From assembly GCA_037137755.1 (NCBI GenBank), contig JBAXJR010000036.1:1-22841 (forward strand): a stretch of DNA of 22,841 nucleotides, in the 5' to 3' direction. Origin of the DNA: Methanomicrobiales archaeon. GTDB taxonomy: Archaea > Halobacteriota > Methanomicrobia > Methanomicrobiales > Methanospirillaceae. Below the pieces are notes generated by a model that saw nothing but the letters and a program-made list of their open reading frames with translations, was not told the origin of the DNA and searched no databases. A program made the position numbers and the translations under genes. This document shows, piece after piece, positions 1 through 7,128 of this stretch. The number at the start of each line of letters is the position of its first letter. The first letter of the stretch is position 1.

Positions 1-1033
1 TGCCGAGGATTGTTCCAATCTTTGGATCTGTTGCTTTCATTGCATATCCCGGCTTGTCAGAGGTGGTTAGTAAATCTCTGGGATGGATCGGTCCATTTGA
101 AGCATCAACCTTACAAGGTACCCGGCCTGCAACGGCAATAATCTGCTCTCCGGGATTTCCATTATTCTTTGTGCCAAGAGTTACCCCGGGGGATGTCGAT
201 ACAATGCCAGCGACCCCAGTATCATACGCCGTCGTCGAAGGCTGGAGTTTCCCATCATCTCCTATGACCATAACAGTACCCGCAGTGACATTCTCAGTTA
301 CCGGCATATATTCGGCGACATCCGAGTTCGGAATCTTTGTACCTTTTGCATAGATATAGTTGGGAGTGTAGATACCGTACCCATTTGGAACATTGGTACT
401 GGCATATAATCCATATGATTGGTTACTGTTTGCGTAGACCCCCCACGCTCCGGGGCCGTAGGTATATCCAACAAGTCCAAAAGCGTTGGCGCCACTGGTG
501 ACTGCAATGACGCCATCGCTGTTATCACCGCTGGTAGCTCCATAGAGTCCGTAAGAGTTGGGGCCGTTGGTAACTGCAATGACCCCATGGCTGGTGGCGC
601 CGGTGGTTTTTGTGTAGACTCCATCGCTGTTGGAGCCGGTGGTTACTGCATAGACGCAATTGCTGGCGGAGCCGGTGGTGTATGCATCGACACCGGGGCT
701 GTATTGGCCGGAGGTGGAGATATAGACTCCATGGCTGTATTGGCCGGTGGCTACTGAAGTGATTCCATAGCTGTCATAACCGGTGGTGGATGCCGTAATT
801 GCAGTTCTGAAGTCACTCGTTGTACTTGCCGATAATTGAGTATCGGTTCCGTATATCCCTGTTGGAGCTGATGAAATATCAGGATGCGATGCTGCAGATC
901 CATTAACGGAGATACTGTTGTTCAACACCGACTGCGTGGTATTATTCTGATTTCCTGTCGATGCGGTACCGATACCTACGATGGCACTGACCAGTGCCAG
1001 CATAACTAAGATAGATACAATCTGTTTTTTCAT
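1..1033 (-). CDS. Secreted 12-aa-repeat (predicted beta-solenoid) protein with C-terminal Peptidase_G2/intramolecular-chaperone-like domain, paralog A; 3' end lies outside the window
   Basis: Not in the ORF track because it has no stop in the window. Manual translation from ATG 1033 (SD GGTGA upstream) gives MKKQIVSILVMLALVSAIVGIGTAST...NSDVAEYMPVTENV...GRVPCKVDASNGP...ATDPKIGTILG, open for 344 codons to the window edge and colinear with 1243..2625. Confidence 0.9.
   Translation of the reverse strand, partial: MKKQIVSILVMLALVSAIVGIGTASTGNQNNTTQSVLNNSISVNGSAASHPDISSAPTGIYGTDTQLSASTTSDFRTAITASTTGYDSYGITSVATGQYSHGVYISTSGQYSPGVDAYTTGSASNCVYAVTTGSNSDGVYTKTTGATSHGVIAVTNGPNSYGLYGATSGDNSDGVIAVTSGANAFGLVGYTYGPGAWGVYANSNQSYGLYASTNVPNGYGIYTPNYIYAKGTKIPNSDVAEYMPVTENVTAGTVMVIGDDGKLQPSTTAYDTGVAGIVSTSPGVTLGTKNNGNPGEQIIAVAGRVPCKVDASNGPIHPRDLLTTSDKPGYAMKATDPKIGTILG
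446..805 (-). repeat. 10 x 36-bp (12-aa) degenerate tandem repeat in paralog A
   Basis: Units such as HGVYISTSGQYS, DGVYTKTTGATS, HGVIAVTNGPNS; consensus xG[VLI]xAxTxGxxS. Confidence 0.9.
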
Positions 1034-1055
1034 GTTAGGTTCACCTACAAGCTCA

Positions 1056-1160
1056 GGGGAAACCGTATATCAAATCGTTTGCACTATGGAAACACCATCA
1101 CTGCTACGGAACCCCAGCCTGAATAAGAGAGGGGTCAGTCATAAAAGTATATATAAATAA
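1056..1160 (-). promoter_or_regulatory. TATA-box promoter and conserved leader of paralog A
   Basis: TTTATATA on the minus strand at 1157-1150; GGAA(A)C motifs (+ strand) at 1058, 1088 and 1108; the region is conserved upstream of paralog B. Confidence 0.6.
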
Positions 1161-1210
1161 TACCATTTGAGCGGAGAATAAAAACATTTATTCCTGCCCT
1201 GATTGGATTC

Positions 1211-1217
1211 AAAAAAA
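1211..1217 (-). terminator. Oligo-T terminator of paralog B
   Basis: T7 tract on the minus strand about 25 nt after the stop codon, typical of archaeal intrinsic termination. Confidence 0.4.
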
Positions 1218-1242
1218 TAGTTCTGTTGATCTTTTTCCATCT

Positions 1243-2625
1243 TTATTGCAGTGTGACAATGACTTCGATCGTCCCGGTACCACTTTCCAGCGTTCCCATC
1301 GCCTTGCCAAGGATGGTTCCAATCTTTGGATCTGTTGCCTTCATCGCATACCCGGGGTTATTGGAAGTGGTCAAAAGATCACCCTCTTCAATCGGCCCAT
1401 TGGATGCATCCACCTTGCATGGCACCCTGCCGGCAACCGCAATAATCGCTTCTCCCGGATTCCCGCCCTCTTTAGCACCGAGCGAGACTCCCGGTTCCGT
1501 AGAAACAATCCCTGCTACATGGGTATCGTTTGCGATCGAGGATGGATGGAGCACCCCGCCTTTACCGATAACCATAACAGTACCGGGTGTGACGTTCTCA
1601 GTTACCGGCATATATTCGGCGACATCCGAGTTCGGAATCTTTGTACCTTTTGCATAGATATAGTTGGGAGTGTAGATACCGTACCCATTTGGAACATTGG
1701 TACTGGCATATAATCCATATGATTGGTTGCTGTTTGCGTAGACCCCCCATGCTCCGGGGCCGTAGGTATATCCAACAAGTCCAAAGGCGTTGGCGCCGCT
1801 GGTGACTGCAATGACGCCATCACTGTTATCGCCGCTGGTAGCTCCGTAGAGTCCATAGGAGGAGGGGCCATTGGTGACTGCAATGACGCCATGGCTGGTG
1901 GAGCCGCCGGTTTTTGCATAGACTCCGTCACTGCTGGAGCCGGTGGTTTGTGAATAGACTCCATGGCTAGTGGAGCCGGCGGTGAATGCATCGAATCCAT
2001 CGCTGTTAGGGCCGGTGGTACCTGCTTCGACCCCACTACTGCCGGTGCCGGCGGTGGATATATAAACTCCATCGCTGCCGATGCCGGTGGTTTTTGCGTA
2101 GACACCATTGCTGTTGGAGCCGAAAGTATATGCATTGACTCCATTACTGAGGGAGCCGGAGGTTTGTGAATAGACTCCAACGCTGCCTTGACCGGTGGTT
2201 TTTGCATAGACTCCATCGCTGCCAGTACCGATGGTTTGTGAATAGACGCCATGGCTGGAATCACCGTAGGTGAGTGCATCGACTCCATCGCTGTATTGGC
2301 CTCCAGTGTATACATCGACCCCATCGCTTCCGGTACCGTGGGTTTCTGCATTAAGACCATAGCTATATTGACCGGAGGTTAATGCTGAAATTGCAGTTTT
2401 ATAGTCACTCGTTGTACTTGCCGATAATGGATTATCGGTTCCGTATATCCCAGTTGGAGCTGAAGAAATACCAGTATGAGATGCTGTAGATCCATTAACG
2501 GTGATACTGTTGTTCAGACCTGACTGCGTGGTATTATTCTGATTTCCCGTCGATGCGGTACCAATGCCGACAATAGCACTGACCAGTGCCAGCATAACTA
2601 AGATAGATACAATCTGTTTTTTCAT
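1243..2625 (-). CDS. Secreted 12-aa-repeat (predicted beta-solenoid) protein with C-terminal Peptidase_G2/intramolecular-chaperone-like domain, paralog B (460 aa)
   Basis: ORF track gives 1243..2637, but the GTG at 2637 is part of the SD (GGTGA) and paralog A starts at the equivalent MKKQ. Sec signal peptide, several N-x-S/T sequons, repeats, then SDVAEY...VAGIVS.PG...GRVPCKVDA..GPI..GDLL...PGYAMKA...GKA. Confidence 0.9.
   Translation of the reverse strand: MKKQIVSILVMLALVSAIVGIGTASTGNQNNTTQSGLNNSITVNGSTASHTGISSAPTGIYGTDNPLSASTTSDYKTAISALTSGQYSYGLNAETHGTGSDGVDVYTGGQYSDGVDALTYGDSSHGVYSQTIGTGSDGVYAKTTGQGSVGVYSQTSGSLSNGVNAYTFGSNSNGVYAKTTGIGSDGVYISTAGTGSSGVEAGTTGPNSDGFDAFTAGSTSHGVYSQTTGSSSDGVYAKTGGSTSHGVIAVTNGPSSYGLYGATSGDNSDGVIAVTSGANAFGLVGYTYGPGAWGVYANSNQSYGLYASTNVPNGYGIYTPNYIYAKGTKIPNSDVAEYMPVTENVTPGTVMVIGKGGVLHPSSIANDTHVAGIVSTEPGVSLGAKEGGNPGEAIIAVAGRVPCKVDASNGPIEEGDLLTTSNNPGYAMKATDPKIGTILGKAMGTLESGTGTIEVIVTLQ
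1750..2397 (-). repeat. 18 x 36-bp (12-aa) degenerate tandem repeat in paralog B
   Basis: Units such as DGVYAKTTGQGS, HGVYSQTTGSSS, NGVYAKTTGIGS. The paralog offset changes from 1592 at the 5' end to 1304 at the 3' end, a difference of 288 bp = 8 units. Confidence 0.9.
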
Positions 2626-2659
2626 GGTAGTTTTCACCCAACAATTAAAACAAGCTTTA

Positions 2660-2762
2660 GGGGAAACCGTTTATAAAATCATTCGCCTTACGGAAACCGT
2701 ATCAATGCTACGGAACCCCGGCCTGATAAGAGACGGTCAGTAATAAAGGTATTTATATAATG
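2660..2762 (-). promoter_or_regulatory. TATA-box promoter and conserved leader of paralog B
   Basis: TTATATAAAT on the minus strand at 2760-2751; GGAA(A)CC motifs at 2662, 2692 and 2712. Confidence 0.6.
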
Positions 2763-3121
2763 CCATTTGATTGGAGAATAAATAAGAGGAAATTAGTAGG
2801 GAGGAGAGCATGCCACCCCCTAACAAAATACAGACTCTCTAGAACCCGGTTACTCATTTAATTCGTACACAAAACCCTAAATCTTCAAGTAGGTTTAAAT
2901 CATCGTTCAAAGGCACGACGAATCTGTGCTCCATTTTGCAGCCCCAAAGAGTGCCCCGCGAATCATTGATCCTTTTCTTTTTCCGACAATTTATGGCAGA
3001 TTCAAGCCCCGTATCGCAAAAATGCCGGAGTTTATCGATAAGGCCTGTATGTCCTTACTTGAGAAATGTGACGAAAACCAATTGCCAACCATTTCGCGGG
3101 GTGCAATGTGACCTATGATAA

Positions 3122-3251
3122 GAGGATGAGCTGAATGATATGATCCGTTGGTTGGTTGATGCCGTGAGTATCAGCCGGTGATTCATATCTTAAGAGTATC
3201 AGCTTTACGATATGTGAATCCCAATCAACCGGACCATATCAATTTCAGTAC
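3122..3251 (-). ncRNA. Candidate structured sRNA, copy 1
   Basis: Closing stem 3248-3221 pairs with 3155-3131; two internal hairpins carry GCUGAUACUC; BRE/TATA (GAAAA-TTATATAT) lies about 30 nt upstream of the stem start. Confidence 0.5.
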
Positions 3252-3272
3252 AGATTTGTTTCTTACCAGATA

Positions 3273-3286
3273 ATATATAATTTTCT
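3273..3286 (-). promoter_or_regulatory. BRE + TATA box for sRNA copy 1
   Basis: Minus strand AGAAAA TTATATAT; predicted +1 near 3251-3249. Confidence 0.55.
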
Positions 3287-3776
3287 ATGTAATTGCCGAC
3301 TTTTCCGGGAACCAGTAAATTCTCTAGCTGAAAAGTGGTTTAAGGATTAAATATCTAATCTTCGCACTATGGAGTCTATAATGACTCGCTGATACGTCGA
3401 AACTTTACTTTTGACCGCGCCTAGCCCTGAAGATAACAGATTACAAGCTCCCGGCCATCTAATTCTGTAAAATACGATGTAATCAAGTTTTCCCACATTT
3501 ATACACTTTATTAGGAATTTCGGTTTCAAGGTTAGAACCAGAATTTGTTCTGATATTTTGAAAGAATTAGATCAAAATTAGGCTTTCTTCCTGACAGTTT
3601 ACTCGCCACAATTTTGAAACAAATTATGTTCAATAGTAGCATTATGGTGGTGTACAATATTGTACATTTAAAAAAAATGCCATTAATGCAGAGAATGACA
3701 AAAATAGTTAGTATAGATTGAGATTTGCTTAACTATATGCCACAATATTTATGTTTACTACTTTATATGCTAATTA

Positions 3777-3790
3777 TTTATATTATATAT
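3777..3790 (+). promoter_or_regulatory. TATA box for sRNA copy 2
   Basis: TTTATATTATATAT; the first TTTATA predicts +1 near G3808. The region is AT-rich, so a chance match is possible. Confidence 0.45.
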
Positions 3791-3807
3791 ACATTTCTTT
3801 AGTATTC

Positions 3808-3950
3808 GAACTATGTTTATTGATTTTTTTAAAAACAATGTGGTGCCACAATATCATCATATCATAAAGCTGATACTCTTAAGATATGAATCACCGGCTG
3901 ATACTCACGGCATCAACCAGTCAAAAGACCATATCGTTCAGCTCATTCTC
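3808..3950 (+). ncRNA. Candidate structured sRNA, copy 2
   Basis: GAAC-TATG-TTT-A-TTGATT (3808-3825) can pair with AGTCAA-A-AGA-C-CATA-TC-GTTC (3919-3939); same two GCUGAUACUC hairpins (3869-3878, 3897-3906). Confidence 0.45.
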
Positions 3951-4063
3951 GCGACTTTCTCCAGATTTCGAAAGCCATTTAGATCTTTTCGGGTATTCCC
4001 GGTGGGCTACCTCGATCTGACGGCTCCTCAGCGGATAGTTAATATTAAGTTGGAATTCGAAAC

Positions 4064-5731
4064 CTATTTGACAAACAATGGTACTTTTTCAAATTTTTCT
4101 ACAGAAAAGAGTCCCCTGACCGTCAGCCGGAGCTGTGGGATTACAGGCAGGCAAAGGAACGAGAGGTACATAAACGGGTCATCTATTCCACCCATCCTGC
4201 GGGTTGCAGAATGGAGCATTCCAAGTTGTTCAACCACCTCTTCATATGGCTTACCTGACATAAGGCCCGCATTTTCAAGTGGCAGCACGGTAACATCATT
4301 ACCATTCACGGCCGCAAGCCCGCCTTTATTACGGATAACTGCAGCTATGGCTTTTCGAAGTTCTTCATCGCTGGTTCCTGCAGCAATAATATTATGTGCA
4401 TCATGCGATACGCTCCCGGCGATGGCCCCCTGCTCAAATGAAAACCCATGTACAAGACCAGTCATATGCACCCCGGGACAATATCGGCTGCAAACCGTGG
4501 TTTTAATGATATCCTGCTCAAGATCAGGCAGTGCTCCACAATGTACGTCACAATGCAGTTCCCGGGTAATAATCTGTCCAGGGACGATCCCGATCACTCT
4601 TGCAAGCCCGGTGCCTGAAAGTGAGAAGTCCGCAACGTCTGGAATAGTTGCCTGCATACCTGGAGGTGCGGGGGGAGTTAAGGGAACGAACTTTGTCAGA
4701 CACTCTTTCCCACGCCGGTATGCCTTTTTCACAACAAATTCTGTTTTGGTGTCTACAATGGAGAAATCGGCCAGCCTACCGGGAGATATGGCACCACGGT
4801 CATGTAATCCAAACATCCCGGCAGCGGACAGGGTAGCCATCCGCAGAGCGAGTTCAAGTTCCAGCCCTTCTGATACAGCAGTCCGGATAACTCCATCGAT
4901 ATGTCCCTGTTTCATAAGAGTATCCGCGTGGCGGTCATCTGTGGAAAAAGAGCACCGTGAAACCGAACAGGGTGTTACAACCGGAAGCAGGGCTGCGATA
5001 TTCTTCTCGGTAGAGCCCTCCCGAAGATAAATGTACATCCCTTTGGACAATTTCTCCCGGGCTTCATCAATCCCAGTACATTCATGATCACTTCCGGGCC
5101 CTGCGAGAATGTATGCATTTAAATCATTGCCGGCAAGCATGGGTGCATGCCCGTCAACAAGGGAGAATATTCCGAGTTTTTCAATGATGCCGGCATCACC
5201 TGACAGAACACCCGGCACATTCATCATTTCACCTAATCCAAGCACACATTCCCTGTCTGAAAACTCAGCAAGATCCGGTGCCTCAAGTGTGGCGCCCCCG
5301 GTGTCAACAGGGGTAGACGGGACACAGGATGGTATCATGTAAAAAAAATCAATCGCTGTGTTTTTCGATGCCTGAACCATATACTCGATCCCTTCTTTTC
5401 CAAGCACATTGCCAATCTCGTGGGGATCCGCGATTACCGTCGATGTCCCATGACGGGCTACCAGGCGGGCGTATTCTGCCGGACAAAGCAGGGAGCTCTC
5501 GATATGTACATGGGAATCGATTAACCCCGGGACAACCTGTGCCCCTTTGCAGTCGATTTCGTGAATGCCGGAATAATTACCTGCTCCAAGCACAATCCCA
5601 TCCTTTATTGCAAAATTTACAAGGTCCCAACCGCAGGTAAACGGGTCGAAGAGTTCTGCATTCCTGACGACCAGGTCCGCAGGGCACAACCCTCTTGCGG
5701 CCCTGATTAAAGATTGCAGGTCAGATTTCAA
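4064..5731 (-). CDS. ade: Adenine deaminase
   Basis: 555 aa amidohydrolase with motifs PGLIDSHVHIESS, ADPHEIGNV, LGEMMN, DGHAP, DHE, REGS, TDD and SHDAHN. The TTG start overlaps the upstream stop. Confidence 0.95.
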   Translation of the reverse strand: MKSDLQSLIRAARGLCPADLVVRNAELFDPFTCGWDLVNFAIKDGIVLGAGNYSGIHEIDCKGAQVVPGLIDSHVHIESSLLCPAEYARLVARHGTSTVIADPHEIGNVLGKEGIEYMVQASKNTAIDFFYMIPSCVPSTPVDTGGATLEAPDLAEFSDRECVLGLGEMMNVPGVLSGDAGIIEKLGIFSLVDGHAPMLAGNDLNAYILAGPGSDHECTGIDEAREKLSKGMYIYLREGSTEKNIAALLPVVTPCSVSRCSFSTDDRHADTLMKQGHIDGVIRTAVSEGLELELALRMATLSAAGMFGLHDRGAISPGRLADFSIVDTKTEFVVKKAYRRGKECLTKFVPLTPPAPPGMQATIPDVADFSLSGTGLARVIGIVPGQIITRELHCDVHCGALPDLEQDIIKTTVCSRYCPGVHMTGLVHGFSFEQGAIAGSVSHDAHNIIAAGTSDEELRKAIAAVIRNKGGLAAVNGNDVTVLPLENAGLMSGKPYEEVVEQLGMLHSATRRMGGIDDPFMYLSFLCLPVIPQLRLTVRGLFSVEKFEKVPLFVK

Positions 5732-6071
5732 AATCCCTGATCACCACCGGATACCGGGTTGACCCTGAACTGACATAGATGAAACACCGGTAATTTCCCT
5801 TTCCGAGTGCAAGCGGTATGGTAACATCATTATCCCCAGCCTTAAGAGGGAAATTTTCAGCATCCCTTGACAGTTCAACCTGTTTATAGTCCTGCAACCG
5901 GAAGACTGCAACCTCAAGCACCCCGTCAGGAATAGGTTCTTCGCTTCTGATCTTGAAGGTCAGGGATCCTGATTTATACGAAACATCCCCGGGTACCAGG
6001 TTCATGCAGCCGCTTCCCAGTACTGAAACGAAAAGGAGAGCAAAAATCAGGAAAATAACCTGAGTGCGCAT
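5721..6071 (-). CDS. Hypothetical lipoprotein (small beta-rich domain)
   Basis: MRTQ, a hydrophobic stretch and the lipobox-like GSGC. The ORF track extends to 6134; the likelier start is 6071 or 6080. Overlaps the ade start. Confidence 0.7.
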   Translation of the reverse strand: MRTQVIFLIFALLFVSVLGSGCMNLVPGDVSYKSGSLTFKIRSEEPIPDGVLEVAVFRLQDYKQVELSRDAENFPLKAGDNDVTIPLALGKGNYRCFIYVSSGSTRYPVVIRDFEI

Positions 6072-6391
6072 ACTATCCATAACGATAGCCGGATTAAAAA
6101 TTATGACGGTATGATCCGGATACAAGGTCATCAAAGCTGAAGGAAGCCTTGGGAGAAACGTGGCTTACTATGAAGGATTTTTACCATAACCGGTAATATT
6201 TTTATTATTTTGGGTGTCGATCTCCAGGTTAGCTGATAAATAATCTAAAAAACATTCCTCAAATTTTAAGGTCGCATTCATTTCATTGTTAAATTAAAAA
6301 AACAGAAAATAGGACTGGGTAATTCAATTCACCTTCCCAAGTAGGTTTTTTTTACAAAAGATTAATGAGGTAGTATAAATATTTATTTATT

Positions 6392-7021
6392 ATGAAATTA
6401 TCGCCAAATCTGATAATAACTATTGTTATTGTCGTCGCAGTCTGCCTGGTCGCGCTCGTTTTCGCATACTCAGTATATTCCCGTGCATTACCCTTATCCC
6501 AGATAACCGTATCACCAACCCCTGTACCTACACCGGAAATTATTCAGCCAACCCCTGAACCTACGTTAATCACACCGGTACCTACATCAGTTTATGCGTA
6601 CCTGGACTACATCCAGTCCGGCACTGATAAAGTGAACCGTGCAAAGAAATCGATTGAAAATGGAAAAGCTTTAATGATTCCGCCGCTTTCCATCAGGTCA
6701 AACTACAATAAAGAGGCCAATGTAGTTTTTAGTGCCAAACAGAATTTCACATTGGCTGAAAACCTCTTTGTGGGTGCGCAGGCAGATTATACCAATGCAT
6801 TGAAAACCGCCCCTGCCTCGCAGGTTGCAACTCTTAATATACTGATTTCATCCTTGAATGCAATTCAAAGGAACTCTGTCACCTATATCCAGTCATCCGA
6901 CTATGCACTTGCAGGCGACTGGTATAACGCAAATAATGCATACAACCAGGCAAATATCGGCTACCAGAGTAATATGGAGAGTGTCAACCAACTATTGGCA
7001 GCGATGAACCTTATCACGTGA
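6392..7021 (+). CDS. Hypothetical membrane-anchored or exported protein with Pro/Thr linker and helical domain
   Basis: 209 aa; N-terminal TM/signal segment, SPTPVPTP...PTPEPT linker, Ala/Asn-rich helical C-terminus; only long ORF in this interval. Confidence 0.8.
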   Translation: MKLSPNLIITIVIVVAVCLVALVFAYSVYSRALPLSQITVSPTPVPTPEIIQPTPEPTLITPVPTSVYAYLDYIQSGTDKVNRAKKSIENGKALMIPPLSIRSNYNKEANVVFSAKQNFTLAENLFVGAQADYTNALKTAPASQVATLNILISSLNAIQRNSVTYIQSSDYALAGDWYNANNAYNQANIGYQSNMESVNQLLAAMNLIT

Positions 7022-7116
7022 ATAATTCTGTGTCTATAATAACACAAGCCCATTTTTTATCAGTTTAAGAAGGAAACCGGGAAATCACCAGTAATCAGAA
7101 TTCACCCGGATATAGA

Positions 7117-7127
7117 TAAAAAAAGGG
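7117..7127 (-). terminator. Oligo-T terminator after pgk
   Basis: CCCTTTTTTTA on the minus strand immediately after the pgk stop, in a convergent intergenic region. Confidence 0.45.
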
Positions 7128-7128
7128 A

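Larger units (their letters stand above)
3122..3950. repeat. 93-bp inverted repeat pair (3122-3214 / 3858-3950) flanking a 643-bp AT-rich spacer
   Basis: Manual ungapped alignment gives 85/93 identity, with a perfect 55-bp core 3153-3207 / 3865-3919. Confidence 0.95.

Noticed and set aside
54-2360. Alternative-frame and antisense ORFs over the repeat genes (e.g. 298..624, 419..757, 1226..1657, 1602..2360)
   Set aside because: By-products of the stop-poor 36-bp repeats and codon bias of the real genes.
446-2397. 36-bp periodic repeats as a CRISPR array or DGR template/variable pair
   Set aside because: The repeats are in-frame, degenerate and spacer-less. There are no cas or reverse transcriptase genes, and the paralog differences are not adenine-specific.
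3122-3181. Inverted repeat as a protein-coding remnant (EDELNDMIRWLVDAVSISR)
   Set aside because: A stop directly precedes it in copy 1 and interrupts it in copy 2, and identity continues past the stop codon. Not fully excluded without BLASTX.
3166-3203. GCTGATACTC as a fluoride riboswitch, hammerhead or C/D box element
   Set aside because: It lacks the GCUGAUGAC plus 5' GAUG pseudoknot pattern, the CUGANGA/GAAA core and a properly placed RUGAUGA C box.
2926-3529. Short ORFs 2926..3111, 2936..3118 and 3347..3529
   Set aside because: GTG/TTG starts, no SD and no recognisable motifs.
3250-3857. AT-rich spacer as a replication origin
   Set aside because: No ORB-type TCCAxTGGAAA/G-string boxes and no cdc6/orc1 gene in the window.
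3813-5030. 405-aa plus-strand ORF
   Set aside because: Mostly the antisense shadow of ade, with no recognisable motifs. Its ATG does fall just after the predicted copy-2 TSS, but the equivalent frame in copy 1 has no start codon.
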